A stretch of DNA of 64,000 nucleotides from Candidatus Uhrbacteria bacterium. GTDB lineage: Bacteria > Patescibacteriota > Patescibacteriia > GWA2-47-26. The notes beneath the pieces were generated by a model. It saw only the letters and a program-made list of their open reading frames with translations. It did no database searches and had not been told where the DNA came from. The stretch covers positions 140,336 through 204,335 of the forward strand of contig JACPJN010000007.1 of NCBI GenBank assembly GCA_016187515.1, given 5' to 3'. Position 1 is the stretch's first letter, and each line of letters opens with the position of its first letter. Below are positions 37,612-48,519 of the stretch, in pieces. The position numbers were made by a program, and so were the translations under genes.

Positions 37612-38352
37612 CTATATTCTTTTGGAAAGGCGCTTTGTCCAAAACGCTTTCCAAACATACTTAAGATACGCTTTGTAGGTTGGCCAGCCGTAGGAAAAAC
37701 TGGTCCGCCCTCGCGCCTCCGCGCGGCTAGTCAATACATACGGAACTTCGCAAAAAGTTCGCGCGTACTTTTTGGCCTGCCAAAGTTCTTCCACAATAAT
37801 TGGGAAGCTACGCTCGGTAAGCGCCATTTTCGCAAGTACACTCACTTTTACGGCTCGAAATCCGTTGGTAAAATCACTTATCGGAATCCTAAAAGCCGGA
37901 CCCGCAAGCGTATTACCTGCCCACGATACAATTCTTCTTTGCCAGGGTACTCCTTCCACTTTTCCACCTTTGGAATACCGCGTGGCTTTAATATAATCGT
38001 AACCTTGCCCCATTTTCTCGTAAAATTGCGGAAGGTCGCGCGGGTGATTGGTCAGATCAGAATCCATGAACACCGCGTAATCATAGCCGCGGTCAATCGC
38101 ATAGCGTATACCCGTGCGCAGAGCGGCGCCATATCCTTGGTTCCGCTCATGCGCGACCAGCGTAACTTGTCCACTTCCCCACGTAGAGATAAAATCTTCA
38201 ACAATCTTTCTGGTCGCGTCTTTAGATCCGTCTTCCACCACGAGCACGGTGTTTTCTCCGGGTAAGGCGCGAAGATATGGCACAATCACCGAAAGGCACT
38301 CGTGCGCTCCGACTTCTTCATTATACATGGGAATGATAATGCAAACCCTCAT
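37612..38352 (-). CDS. GT2 polyprenyl-phosphate glycosyltransferase
   Basis: IPMYNEE, EDGSKD, MDSDL and DFTNGFRA. Confidence 0.9.
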   Translation of the reverse strand: MRVCIIIPMYNEEVGAHECLSVIVPYLRALPGENTVLVVEDGSKDATRKIVEDFISTWGSGQVTLVAHERNQGYGAALRTGIRYAIDRGYDYAVFMDSDLTNHPRDLPQFYEKMGQGYDYIKATRYSKGGKVEGVPWQRRIVSWAGNTLAGPAFRIPISDFTNGFRAVKVSVLAKMALTERSFPIIVEELWQAKKYARTFCEVPYVLTSRAEARGRTSFSYGWPTYKAYLKYVWKAFWTKRLSKRI

Positions 38353-38368
38353 AATGTGATGGGATATT

Positions 38369-39955
38369 TTATTCGCTCCGGCCGCTAAATATCCGTTTAA
38401 ATCGCACTAATGGAAGCTTACAAACCGCGAGAAATACTCGCCGCTCATGAGGGCGAAACCATATCAGATAAGTACCGAGCAGTCCGATGATGGCCGCGGC
38501 GGCAAAAGTTATGCCGAGGCGAAGCGCCCAATTTATCTCCAATCGTCCAATAAGTTCAACAACCGTAAATTGCAATCCGGCAAACATGGCTCCGACCCCC
38601 AGCATTCCGACAAAACGCCGCATTGGTTCCTTGATAAGGCGCAAGGTCATATAAGGGATCACCGTAAGATCAACCAGCGCCTCCGGAATTAAAAATCCAA
38701 CCACAATGCCGGCAATGCCGAAACGGCGCACAAAGTACGCCGCCAAAATCCAACCAATGATTGCTGAAAAAACTCGGACTATAGCATACCATCTATATTG
38801 ATTTACCGCAATTTGAAAACGCGCGCTCGCGTCTACCACACTATAAACCACCACCTCCGCAAGAAGCAAACCCCATAGCAGATTATTAAACCCAATCGCG
38901 CCTCCGGTCCATACCGCCAGAACATCTTTGCCGACTACGAGCAGAAACGCGGCGGACGAGATTGAAACGGCTACCACAATCTTCATGAATATATTATAGA
39001 TGTCTTGCACTTTGCGCAAATCGCCGCGTTCTAAATTCGCGGTAACCTCATGTTGGAGCGCCGGAGTCATGATACTTATGGCGCGGGGAATAAGATGCGC
39101 CAGCGTCCGATGAATGCTAAAGAGCGCGACAATTGCTCCTCCAAATATTGAACCAGCCAGCAAGACGCTCCCTTGCATTTTTATAAACTGCGCCAACGGA
39201 ATAAGTAAAAACATGAATCCGGGAACCAAAAAACTCCGAGCTAATTTTTTATCCCGATATTTTATCGTACCGCGAAATTCAACTTCCGGATGCCGCCGTA
39301 AAATATCTAAATATAACAGAGCCGCGAAAGCCACAAACACGCTAAGATACGCGCCTGCCACAGTAATAAATCCACCCTTAAAAAGCAGCACTATGCCAAC
39401 CAATGCCAAAGTCGCAATCTCGCGGATGTTCAGCAGCATTCTCCAGCGCGGATATTCTCCGGTCCCAATGTAGATGCCGCTGAACAAAACCATCAGACGG
39501 CTCAACAGCAGCTGCAGGCCCAGGAGAAAAATCGCGATACGCACTGATGCTTCGCTTACATGCGTAAAATGAAACCACTGTGTAAACGGCGCAAAAAACG
39601 CGAACCCGAAAAAAATAAAAAAAAGCGCGCCGATATTTAACCGATACAAATACCACGCGCTCCAAAGCGTTCGCTTATATCCGTCCGTATCTCCAACCGC
39701 GTAACGCTGCAGCATCCGATTGATTACAAAATTGGTCATTCCAATATCAGCAAACACCAGGTAAGCCACTCCTGAAAACACAATCAGCCACTCTCCGTAA
39801 ATCGCGCCACTCCAGGCGAAGAGAAAAAGCGGCACTAAAATAATATGCTCCAGCGCGCGTATCGCCTCGCCAAAAAAATTTGCAAAGCCACCGCGCACTA
39901 CCCGTCGCGTGGCTCCGAAGGTTGGAAATACATTCGCTTTATTTTGATCACTCAT
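38369..39955 (-). CDS. Wzx-type (MOP) oligosaccharide flippase
   Basis: ~14 TM segments, VPLFL..W...YGEW..ADIG pattern. Confidence 0.85.
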   Translation of the reverse strand: MSDQNKANVFPTFGATRRVVRGGFANFFGEAIRALEHIILVPLFLFAWSGAIYGEWLIVFSGVAYLVFADIGMTNFVINRMLQRYAVGDTDGYKRTLWSAWYLYRLNIGALFFIFFGFAFFAPFTQWFHFTHVSEASVRIAIFLLGLQLLLSRLMVLFSGIYIGTGEYPRWRMLLNIREIATLALVGIVLLFKGGFITVAGAYLSVFVAFAALLYLDILRRHPEVEFRGTIKYRDKKLARSFLVPGFMFLLIPLAQFIKMQGSVLLAGSIFGGAIVALFSIHRTLAHLIPRAISIMTPALQHEVTANLERGDLRKVQDIYNIFMKIVVAVSISSAAFLLVVGKDVLAVWTGGAIGFNNLLWGLLLAEVVVYSVVDASARFQIAVNQYRWYAIVRVFSAIIGWILAAYFVRRFGIAGIVVGFLIPEALVDLTVIPYMTLRLIKEPMRRFVGMLGVGAMFAGLQFTVVELIGRLEINWALRLGITFAAAAIIGLLGTYLIWFRPHERRVFLAVCKLPLVRFKRIFSGRSE

Positions 39956-40965
39956 ATATACCGCGCTAAAAAGCGCCCGAGTTTTGATTGTTTGAGGCGA
40001 TGGCGAGTGGCAATTGGCAAGTTATCTCTAACCACGCGGAAAATAAACTTCACGGCCGGGCGCCGGTCGCTTAAACGAGCCGCGCTAAGCCGGCGCTGCA
40101 TATTACTTTTAAGATATGCTCGGACACCCGGGGTCAATTCAAAGGTCTGTTCCATATATTTGTAAAACTGCCCGATCAGCGCGATCAATTCGGCTTTATA
40201 CGCGGTCGGTAAAAAGCGCGTCGGTTCAACCAGCCATTCGCACGCCGCCAAAGACGGCGTACTGCCGATAACGCGGGTAAAAAATGCGCGCCGAATCTCC
40301 GCGTCATACCGGCGCTGTGCCGCGTAATGCGCACTCCCGACGGATTTTCCATGCATACGCCGATAATGCAGGACCTCAGGAAGATTTGCGAATTTCGTGC
40401 GTTCAAGCAATCGGCTCCAAAGTTCCGTATCTTGCGCGCACGGGAATTCTTCATTATATCCATGGACGGCATTAAAAAGATCGGCGCGCAGCATCACCGT
40501 GGGATGCTGCAGCGCTAATCCGAAAAAGAATCGCCAAAAAATCAGTTCATGCGTTTCCGGATATACCAGCGTGGACAGCGCGCGCCCGCGTGCATCGGTT
40601 TGCCGCACCGCGGTACCCACCACTCCGACTTCGGGATTAAGCTCAAAGAATTTAACCTGCTTTTCCAATCGCGCGGGGTGGCTGACATCATCCGCGTCCA
40701 TGCGCGCCAGGTATTTACCCTGCGCTTTTTGCGCCGCGAGATTCAACGACCGAACTAACCCGAGATTTTCCGGGTTGCGCAGGCGTAAAATACGAGTATC
40801 GTGAAACTGATCAAGAATAGCGGCGGTGCGATCAGTGGAGCCGTCATCAATAACAATCAATTCAAAATCGCGATAGGTCTGCTCCAGCATGCTTTGTACA
40901 GCTTCCGCGATGAACTTCTCTCCATTGTACACGGGAAGCAGCACTGATACGGTTGGGTTGGTCAT
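39952..40965 (-). CDS. GT2 glycosyltransferase
   Basis: LPVYNGE, IDDGSTD, RMDADD and HPTVM. Confidence 0.93.
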   Translation of the reverse strand: MTNPTVSVLLPVYNGEKFIAEAVQSMLEQTYRDFELIVIDDGSTDRTAAILDQFHDTRILRLRNPENLGLVRSLNLAAQKAQGKYLARMDADDVSHPARLEKQVKFFELNPEVGVVGTAVRQTDARGRALSTLVYPETHELIFWRFFFGLALQHPTVMLRADLFNAVHGYNEEFPCAQDTELWSRLLERTKFANLPEVLHYRRMHGKSVGSAHYAAQRRYDAEIRRAFFTRVIGSTPSLAACEWLVEPTRFLPTAYKAELIALIGQFYKYMEQTFELTPGVRAYLKSNMQRRLSAARLSDRRPAVKFIFRVVRDNLPIATRHRLKQSKLGRFLARYI

Positions 40966-41002
40966 ACTAAAATTATCGATAAACGACTTGCTCAAAGGAT
41001 AT

Positions 41003-42865
41003 TCATAGATTTTTTCGCGACCAGTGCATCAGGACATACCAAACCCATACCCGCGCGCTGGTAATTCTATTCTTTCCCGCAAGAAATTGTTCCCACAAAT
41101 TACGGCACGCCTGTACATTAAGCCCCACCGGATTATCTTCAGGAAATTCAGCCAGCAATGCTTCGATATCAGGGCGAAATACGGTACGCAGCCAATATTC
41201 CCAAGGAAAGGTAAACCCCATTTTCTTGCGCTGATATATTTCTTTGGGCATTTTATCCATTACCGCAGAGACCAAAAGCGGTTTGGCCATACCACGGGCC
41301 ATTTTTTCTCCTAGGGGCACTCCCCATACATATTGTACCAGACGATGATCAAGAAACGGTACACGCACCTCAAGACTATGCGCCATACTCATCACATCTC
41401 CATCGCGCAAAAGCATATTACCAAGATATCCTCGCAATTCCAAAAGAGAAATCGCGCTGAATATATCACTGTCCTTAATCTGGGCGCGCAAGAGCTCGCG
41501 CATTTCTGGTATAATTCCGTCGTCGGATAGCTGCGGACCGGATCGTAATTCATTTCTTTGAATGGGCGGAAGGAGTTGGCGGGCAATCATATAAAGCGAG
41601 AGTATATCTCCTCCCGATCCAATAAGCTGCGACAGTTTTGAAACTCGAATATGCCGCGTGGGTAACTGTGCCACGATTGCGTTACGTAGTGTGGAGGGCA
41701 GCAGCGCAAAAAACCGTGCCAAGCGCCGCATAGAGGGAATTTTTTGAAACGTGGGATATCCGCCAAATACTTCATCGCCGCCTTGCCCGGACAATACCAC
41801 TTTAATTCCGGTTTGTGCCACCGCATGCGACACGACATACGAATTTAAACCGTCAACCGTGGGTTGATCCATAGCCGCAAGTGCAGCAGGGAGCATGCCC
41901 TGTAAGTCAGAGGCCGAAAGAGAAATTTCATGATGCGCGGCACAAAACTGCTTCGCAATTAACCGCGCGTACTGCTCCTCCGAGAATTGTTTTTCCGGAA
42001 ATACCACGGAAAACGATTCCAATCCTTTCCCACCGCTTACCTCATGGGCCGCAATGGCAATCGCGCTTGAATCAATGCCCCCGCTTAAAAACAAGCCTAC
42101 CGGCACGTCGCTTACCAAGTGATGCCGAACACTGTCATAGAGCGCCTCTTTGCAAGAAGTAAATTGCGATTCCCCCGCATGCAACTGCCAATAGATTTGC
42201 GGTGCAACCGCACCTGTAGCGGCCTTGTAGATCATGTAGTGCGCAGGTAAAAGCGCACGCACCCCTTTGATCATGGTCAACGGCGCCTGCACCGCGCCAA
42301 ACGCAAAAAATGAATCAACCGCCTGTAAATCAATCTCTTTTGGAACCAACCCGCTTGCAAGAAGCGCGCGCACCTCCGAGGCAAATACCAAAGTTGTCCC
42401 ATTGTGAAAATAATACATCGGCTTAATGCCGAACCGATCAACTGCCAACATCAATTTTTCCTGTGCCGTATCCCAAAGCGCAAAGGCAAACATGCCGTGC
42501 AGTTTTTCCAAACACGTAATTCCGTACCGTGCGTATGCTTTTAAAATAACTTCCGTATCACTATCAGAAATGAATTTATCTCCGAGCCGTATCAGTTCGC
42601 GTTTCAGTTCGCGATAATTGTAAATCTCCCCGTTAAAGGTAATCCAGTTCCCGGTTACCGGATCCTTCATCGGCTGATGGCCCGCGGGCGAAAGATCAAT
42701 AATGGAAAGACGCCGGTGTACCATGCCCAGCATCTTGGTATGTGCCACAACGGACATTCGTTCGATTCCCTCATCATCAGGTCCGCGGTGCATCAGTGCC
42801 TGCGCCATTCGCTTTAGGCACATTTCATCCACTTCATGCGCCATTATTCCTGCGATACCGCACAT
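41003..42865 (-). CDS. asnB: Asparagine synthase-like glutamine amidotransferase
   Basis: MCGIAG, HRGPD, RRLSIID, LSGGIDSS, SGQGGDE and EVRVPFLD. Confidence 0.95.
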   Translation of the reverse strand: MCGIAGIMAHEVDEMCLKRMAQALMHRGPDDEGIERMSVVAHTKMLGMVHRRLSIIDLSPAGHQPMKDPVTGNWITFNGEIYNYRELKRELIRLGDKFISDSDTEVILKAYARYGITCLEKLHGMFAFALWDTAQEKLMLAVDRFGIKPMYYFHNGTTLVFASEVRALLASGLVPKEIDLQAVDSFFAFGAVQAPLTMIKGVRALLPAHYMIYKAATGAVAPQIYWQLHAGESQFTSCKEALYDSVRHHLVSDVPVGLFLSGGIDSSAIAIAAHEVSGGKGLESFSVVFPEKQFSEEQYARLIAKQFCAAHHEISLSASDLQGMLPAALAAMDQPTVDGLNSYVVSHAVAQTGIKVVLSGQGGDEVFGGYPTFQKIPSMRRLARFFALLPSTLRNAIVAQLPTRHIRVSKLSQLIGSGGDILSLYMIARQLLPPIQRNELRSGPQLSDDGIIPEMRELLRAQIKDSDIFSAISLLELRGYLGNMLLRDGDVMSMAHSLEVRVPFLDHRLVQYVWGVPLGEKMARGMAKPLLVSAVMDKMPKEIYQRKKMGFTFPWEYWLRTVFRPDIEALLAEFPEDNPVGLNVQACRNLWEQFLAGKNRITSARVWVWYVLMHWSRKNL

Positions 42866-42886
42866 ACTGCTATATTACCGATGCCT

Positions 42887-44332
42887 TTATATGGCATCTT
42901 TTGTATAATCTTCCCTCTGTAGAATATCCCCTTTTGCATAACCAAGATAGATGCATAGCCCGAATGCAACCCATAAATAGGTATCATTGAGTAGACCGGA
43001 AAAAGATAATCTTTGGACGAGAATTCCCACAAGCCCGAGCATAAATATCCAATTGATCTTTCTGAAATCTAAATCAGTTGAACGCCTACGATAATTTCGA
43101 AAAAGCCCGTATATTATCGAACCAATAAACACAAAAAAGATGCTCAATCCGATCACTCCGGTATAGAGGATAATTTGATTATACAGGTTGTAGGAGCCGC
43201 CTATTCCGCCTTTCCAGTTCGCATCATTACCCAGACCTACACCGAACGCAAGCCGCTGATTCTCTATAAGCGGTTGAATTTCTTCCACCGCTCCGGCCCG
43301 GCCCCACGGTTTTATCTCATCATATTTAGTTTTATGAAGGATTAGGCGAGTCAATAATGCTTGCGAAACCGGATTGGATTGTTTTACCTCTTCAGGCGTC
43401 ATTGTGCCGGCATACACAATCAAGAAGATAAGCGCTCCGACTGTCAAAACTCGTATCCAGCGATCAGTAAAAAATCCCAGCGCGGTTTTTACCCGTCGAG
43501 GATACAGCAGAAAAAATAACGGCGCAAGCACGGAAATCGTCAAAATCGTGGATCTTGAAAATGTTCCTAAAAGTACCAGCAACTGTAATACTAAAAGCGG
43601 CCAATACTTTTTCCAGGGTATTTGATATAAAACACGATAAACCAGGGAACTCATAATGCCTAGTATCTGGAAATTATTCAACTCAATCGGTTCAATAAAT
43701 GTGACACGAGCTCTAAATATGTAGTACCCAGAGGCAGTTCCAAATCCGGAATACCAATAGTACGGAACCATATTGTTTAAATTAAGATACGGCAGATGGA
43801 AGTAGCTTGCCGCAAGCTCGTAGAGCGCCGCGAGAGCCACGGCAACCGAAAGCCAATGCAAAACGCGTATGGTATGGCGGAAGTATTGTCCTTTTTTTAA
43901 AATTGCAAAGGTTGTCATGGTAATAAAAATCATCATAATCAGTTGACCGGATTGTATTAAAGGCCGAAGAAATGTCGCTCGAGACTCGCCCGAAGTTGCC
44001 GCGCCAATCAGATCAAGGTTCAAAAATATACCCGCGATTCCGGTAAGCACAAAAAGCGCAAGGAATAAGGCATATTTCCAAGGAAAGGTCAGGCCACGCG
44101 CCACAGTTCTTATCGCAAGTATCAATCCGATTACATAACTTGGGCGCACAAAAAAACCGATATCAATAACAAAAGCTGTTTCAAAAATCAAAGTAATAAG
44201 AAAAAGCGTGAATAACCGCTTTTCTTTCCGCATCCAATACGGGCTAAAAAAAAGAAGCGCGCCGTAAAATACCCAGGTTAGATAGGGGTACAGATTTATC
44301 TCCCGCAGGGTACTTTGTGAAAAAAATTCCAT
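42887..44332 (-). CDS. Wzy/O-antigen ligase-like membrane polymerase
   Basis: Many TM segments, TFIEP, TFSRS, FGVGLG and YNLYNQ..TGVIG. Confidence 0.8.
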   Translation of the reverse strand: MEFFSQSTLREINLYPYLTWVFYGALLFFSPYWMRKEKRLFTLFLITLIFETAFVIDIGFFVRPSYVIGLILAIRTVARGLTFPWKYALFLALFVLTGIAGIFLNLDLIGAATSGESRATFLRPLIQSGQLIMMIFITMTTFAILKKGQYFRHTIRVLHWLSVAVALAALYELAASYFHLPYLNLNNMVPYYWYSGFGTASGYYIFRARVTFIEPIELNNFQILGIMSSLVYRVLYQIPWKKYWPLLVLQLLVLLGTFSRSTILTISVLAPLFFLLYPRRVKTALGFFTDRWIRVLTVGALIFLIVYAGTMTPEEVKQSNPVSQALLTRLILHKTKYDEIKPWGRAGAVEEIQPLIENQRLAFGVGLGNDANWKGGIGGSYNLYNQIILYTGVIGLSIFFVFIGSIIYGLFRNYRRRSTDLDFRKINWIFMLGLVGILVQRLSFSGLLNDTYLWVAFGLCIYLGYAKGDILQREDYTKDAI

Positions 44333-44344
44333 GTTGGCAATGCA

Positions 44345-45139
44345 TCAAGAATCCTTTCTCAAGAAAGTGGCAAGCTGATTTTTACAAAATACAGCCGTAT
44401 AGCGAATAATGGCGTAATAATATCTTACCCGATTTACATACTCCCTGTTTTTAGAAAATGCTCGAAGCACATTCTTAAAATGACGCCAACTATTCTTCGC
44501 CGAGATACTTTCCGGACGATCTATATACCACACTAATGCTTCGGGAATCATAACAATATTCAACAAGGGCGACATTCTAAGCCACATCTCATAATCTTGC
44601 GCGGAAGGAAATGTTTCGTCAAATCCGTTATAGGATAATAATATATCGCGTTTACATACCACTGCAGAAGTACCGATGAAATAATTAGTAAAGAGCTGTT
44701 TGGGAAGAGGAATATCCCGCCGATAACGTGAAGCGAGATCCTTGAGCACCTGCTTACCATTTAAAAAATGGTATACATTGTGGCAAAAAAAATTTACCCC
44801 GTGATGCGCGCGAATCGCCACGCAGACGCGTGCGATTTTCTCCAAATGCCAAAGATCATCAGAATCAAGAAATGCGATCCATTCTCCTCGCGCTGCGCGA
44901 ATTCCCGCATTACGCGCTGCGCCAGGTCCGGCATGAGTATTCTGTAAAATTTGCACAGGAAAGGGAGCCTGCTCAGTCGCCTGCCGCACTACTTCAAGAG
45001 TTTGATCGGAAGATCCGTCATCCGATATGATCAATTCAAATGGCGACACGGATTGTTCAAGAACTGTCCTAATAGTTTCTTTTACAAACGCGGCTGAATT
45101 CCATGTTGGACAGACGACTGATATTTTCGGAGAAGCCAT
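44345..45139 (-). CDS. GT2 glycosyltransferase
   Basis: DDGSSD, GPGAARN, FLDSDD and QDYEMW. Confidence 0.93.
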   Translation of the reverse strand: MASPKISVVCPTWNSAAFVKETIRTVLEQSVSPFELIISDDGSSDQTLEVVRQATEQAPFPVQILQNTHAGPGAARNAGIRAARGEWIAFLDSDDLWHLEKIARVCVAIRAHHGVNFFCHNVYHFLNGKQVLKDLASRYRRDIPLPKQLFTNYFIGTSAVVCKRDILLSYNGFDETFPSAQDYEMWLRMSPLLNIVMIPEALVWYIDRPESISAKNSWRHFKNVLRAFSKNREYVNRVRYYYAIIRYTAVFCKNQLATFLRKDS

Positions 45140-45177
45140 ATTTATACTGTTACCCCAAAAAATAATGCCCGTATAAT

Positions 45178-46008
45178 CTAGTTAATTTTTTTGGCAATAA
45201 TGCCAAAGGAATTTTTTATGCGCAATTGCGAACCTATCTTTTGCCAGAAAGGGCTTTGTGTGGAAAAATATTTAACAATCAAACAGTCAAATTTGAGTTC
45301 GCTAAATAATTTCTGAATAGCCTCTTGATCAACACCATTGCGCCCCACATGATACTCCGCGTCATCTTCCATGCTTCCTGTTATGTAGATGCCTTTGCTT
45401 CTCCGAATGCGCCGACGAATTCCACCAATAATGTCTCCTTGAAAAATGCGCCAACAAAAGTATGCTAGGATACTAAACGCATAGGTGGCTTTACTTAAAG
45501 AATCGTACCGCAGCGGATCCTGAAATGAAAAAAATTGACCATGCGGAGCAATAACACCGCCCGTAAGGCGAATTAATTCCAAATAATCTGGAATGTGGTG
45601 GAGAAAGGAATTCGCAACGACAATATCAAACTGTTTTCCATCGCGTTGCAATGATCTTAAGGCCTCAACTACAGCCTCGCAACGCGTCTCCAGGCGATCT
45701 CCATAGTTAACGCATTGCTTTCTTAATAATATTAACTGATCATTGGAAATATCAACTGCCATAACTTTCGCTCCCAAATCTAAAAATTGACGAGTAGCTG
45801 ACCCCTCTCCCGCTCCCAAATCAAGGATCCGTGGCACCGAGAAATAGTGTGTCGCGTAATTATAACGATCCGCAACCATCCGCCCGTACATCTTTCGGAG
45901 AGCGGCGTGTTTAACATGAGGAGCGCCATGTACATATTTTTTGATATGTTCCGAATTATACATCGCGGCATTCGCAAGAGCGGCTGCTTTATCAATTCGT
46001 TGATCCAT
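45178..46008 (-). CDS. Class I SAM-dependent methyltransferase
   Basis: ILDLGAGEG, VDIS and FLHHIPD. Confidence 0.9.
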   Translation of the reverse strand: MDQRIDKAAALANAAMYNSEHIKKYVHGAPHVKHAALRKMYGRMVADRYNYATHYFSVPRILDLGAGEGSATRQFLDLGAKVMAVDISNDQLILLRKQCVNYGDRLETRCEAVVEALRSLQRDGKQFDIVVANSFLHHIPDYLELIRLTGGVIAPHGQFFSFQDPLRYDSLSKATYAFSILAYFCWRIFQGDIIGGIRRRIRRSKGIYITGSMEDDAEYHVGRNGVDQEAIQKLFSELKFDCLIVKYFSTQSPFWQKIGSQLRIKNSFGIIAKKIN

Positions 46009-46094
46009 AATACTGGAATTATACGGCACGATACCTAATAAGAAATCGACCGGCAGAAAAGTTATCGTAACATAGTCAAAGAAGAATGTCCAAC

Positions 46095-46874
46095 TCATTG
46101 ACTCAACGCAGCGAGGCGACTCCGTTGAGATCTATAGTACCAATCAAACCCACCCTGCAGAAGAAACTCCTGGTACTTTATAGGACAACCAAGGTCGATC
46201 GGATCCCGCCATTGTGTATATTTATTTTCATTCCCGATATTATTTCCACGAATTCCAGTAAAACACGAGCGATAACGACGCCTGATTATCTTATAGGCAC
46301 GCTCATCAATACTTTTTAGATCCCCAAATGGGTAGGCAAAATGATCAACTTTTACTTGCAGCATATCCTCAATCCGGTCTCCTGAACCGATGATCTCATA
46401 TTCCAATTCCTTTTGAGATCTAATCTTGGAAAGCCGTGCGTGCGTCATAGTATGAGAGCCAATTGCATGACCAAGCTTCACGAGCGTGCGTAGATCATCC
46501 CACGAAGCGGGCCGTACCGCCCGCTCCAATTCGTACTGACGCAGGTCTTCTGTACGTAGCAAATTATGATGAAAAAACTCTTGCCACCGGTTGGTATGTG
46601 CGCGATTAATAAATTCAGGGGCTACAAAAAAGATCGCCTTCCTATTTTTGAGCGCCTGAATAGCACGGTATGAGGAATGGAATCCATCATCGAACGTAAT
46701 GGTTGTCTGTATCGCTGTAGATGCATCCAGAAAAGAAAGGAAACTGCGTAAGGGTGCCTCCTGGAAGGCATGAATATCATGAAAAATGATCACCCGTTGT
46801 TGTGGTCCTTTTTTTGCAAGTAAAAGGGCGGTCATTCTCCATAAATAAAGTTTTAAGAATGAGCGTAAAATCAT
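46095..46874 (-). CDS. Polysaccharide deacetylase (CE4)
   Basis: ITFDDG, IGSHTMTH and FAYPFG. Confidence 0.92.
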   Translation of the reverse strand: MILRSFLKLYLWRMTALLLAKKGPQQRVIIFHDIHAFQEAPLRSFLSFLDASTAIQTTITFDDGFHSSYRAIQALKNRKAIFFVAPEFINRAHTNRWQEFFHHNLLRTEDLRQYELERAVRPASWDDLRTLVKLGHAIGSHTMTHARLSKIRSQKELEYEIIGSGDRIEDMLQVKVDHFAYPFGDLKSIDERAYKIIRRRYRSCFTGIRGNNIGNENKYTQWRDPIDLGCPIKYQEFLLQGGFDWYYRSQRSRLAALSQ

Positions 46875-47878
46875 GCAAAGTGTGCTACGATGTTTTTAGT
46901 TAACCGAGCGAGCGTTCCATGCGCTGCTTCAAAAGTGCCAACCAGTTGATAAGCGGTTCCACGGAAACCAGACTTAAAACGGAGGATACCCTCCGGGGTC
47001 TCCTTCGGATGTACGCCTCCAAGATCGAGTAAGAGAAACCCTCGCTGTTTCAACCCAAGGAGCGCGTTCCAAAAAAGCAATCTTCCCGCATTACTCTGCC
47101 GGCCTTCTTCATTCAATGTCTCGGCCAAAAATTCAGCCGTATGCCCATAGCAACCAAATAGAATACTCCCTTGACTTTGTTTGTCTTTATATCCTCGTAT
47201 AATATACATCTTGCGCTCTAATGGAAGGAGATTCTGCAACGTGCGAATAAAATGCGGGGTAAAATTTGTTTTAAACCTCTTCCTCTGCAAGAAAATCTGA
47301 TATTCTTCATTGATCCTTTGGACAAAATTCTCTGAACTGCCAACTTCGTAACTAAGCCCGGACTCCTCCGCTTTCTTAAGTCCACGTCTCCAATTTTGGC
47401 TCAACTGCTCTCGTAGGTCATCTACATCTTTTGTAAGATCAACCCGAGCAGAAATCCATTGCGACTTAGGAATAATCTGTAAACCGCATTCCTCCATCAA
47501 TTGTAACGAGGAAGGACTATCCGGGAGTGTCGGCACGATGCGAAGATACATCCTCCGCTCATCAACCCAATACCTCTTGAGGGTGAAACTCATTTCCTGG
47601 AGTAGATCACTGTAGGGCGCACCATAAAGCTTCGCGAGTGGTGCGCGGTTTATCCATACCAATCCTCGGCGCGTAAAAGGTAACGTCTTCACTAATGCCT
47701 GCGCAGCTCCTACGATCTTTCCATGTACCCGAAACAAGTGGCGAAAGACCTGCCATCCTTGAGTAATGCGTTTTGCTTCGCCATATTCCCAAAGCTGCAT
47801 GAAATTCAGATCTTCAAATTGTACTACAACAGCATTCCATTCCTCCTGCAAAAAATTTCTCGTCTCCATTGTTAGCAT
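46871..47878 (-). CDS. FemAB-like GNAT (aminoacyl/acyl transferase)
   Basis: Q.WEYG, LSQNWRRGLKKA and DLGG...GILRFKSGF. Confidence 0.85.
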   Translation of the reverse strand: MLTMETRNFLQEEWNAVVVQFEDLNFMQLWEYGEAKRITQGWQVFRHLFRVHGKIVGAAQALVKTLPFTRRGLVWINRAPLAKLYGAPYSDLLQEMSFTLKRYWVDERRMYLRIVPTLPDSPSSLQLMEECGLQIIPKSQWISARVDLTKDVDDLREQLSQNWRRGLKKAEESGLSYEVGSSENFVQRINEEYQIFLQRKRFKTNFTPHFIRTLQNLLPLERKMYIIRGYKDKQSQGSILFGCYGHTAEFLAETLNEEGRQSNAGRLLFWNALLGLKQRGFLLLDLGGVHPKETPEGILRFKSGFRGTAYQLVGTFEAAHGTLARLTKNIVAHFA

Positions 47879-47923
47879 ACATTCATACCTCCAGCCTACT
47901 ATAATAACTCTACTTTTTAATGC

Positions 47924-48469
47924 TTACACATGCTCGAAGTTCCATCGCTCATAAAATCGCACCGCCGAAGGCCTCCGGCCATCAATCACAAGCAGAAGTC
48001 GTCGACATCCTTGCTGTCTCGCATAATCAAGAATTCTTACAAGTACGGAGGAATATACAAGAGTTCCGCGCGCACTAGGGTGAGTAAATACAGGACCAAC
48101 ATAGGCATCTCCTTTCTTTGCTTTGCGTCGCTGAGACCATACCTTCATAAAGGGTGATGCGGTTGCATCATGGAAAAACCATGCATAGTGAATAATTTTA
48201 CCTTCTCTTTCTGCAATAAAACATTGCGCACGAGGATCTCCCAATCTTAAAAAGTAATGCTTATCATACTCGTGCTCCTTTATAAGCACAGGAAATAAAT
48301 CACGGGTTATTTGCTTATAATCCGCGGGGGTTGCAATATGAATTTTTAGCAAGTCTGAAATTGGAAATTGAATCAGAGGTCGATCGAGGGAATACGCAAA
48401 GCATACCAAATGTCGCTCCTCAAAAAGATGATAATGCGCGTATTTTAATATTTTCCGCCCGAAATCCAT
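47924..48469 (-). CDS. GNAT N-acetyltransferase
   Basis: VFTHPSARG and AVRFYERWNF. Confidence 0.8.
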   Translation of the reverse strand: MDFGRKILKYAHYHLFEERHLVCFAYSLDRPLIQFPISDLLKIHIATPADYKQITRDLFPVLIKEHEYDKHYFLRLGDPRAQCFIAEREGKIIHYAWFFHDATASPFMKVWSQRRKAKKGDAYVGPVFTHPSARGTLVYSSVLVRILDYARQQGCRRLLLVIDGRRPSAVRFYERWNFEHV

Positions 48470-48519
48470 AGCATTACACTTCCATGCTCTGATCAATGAT
48501 GAACATTGTTTCATAGCAA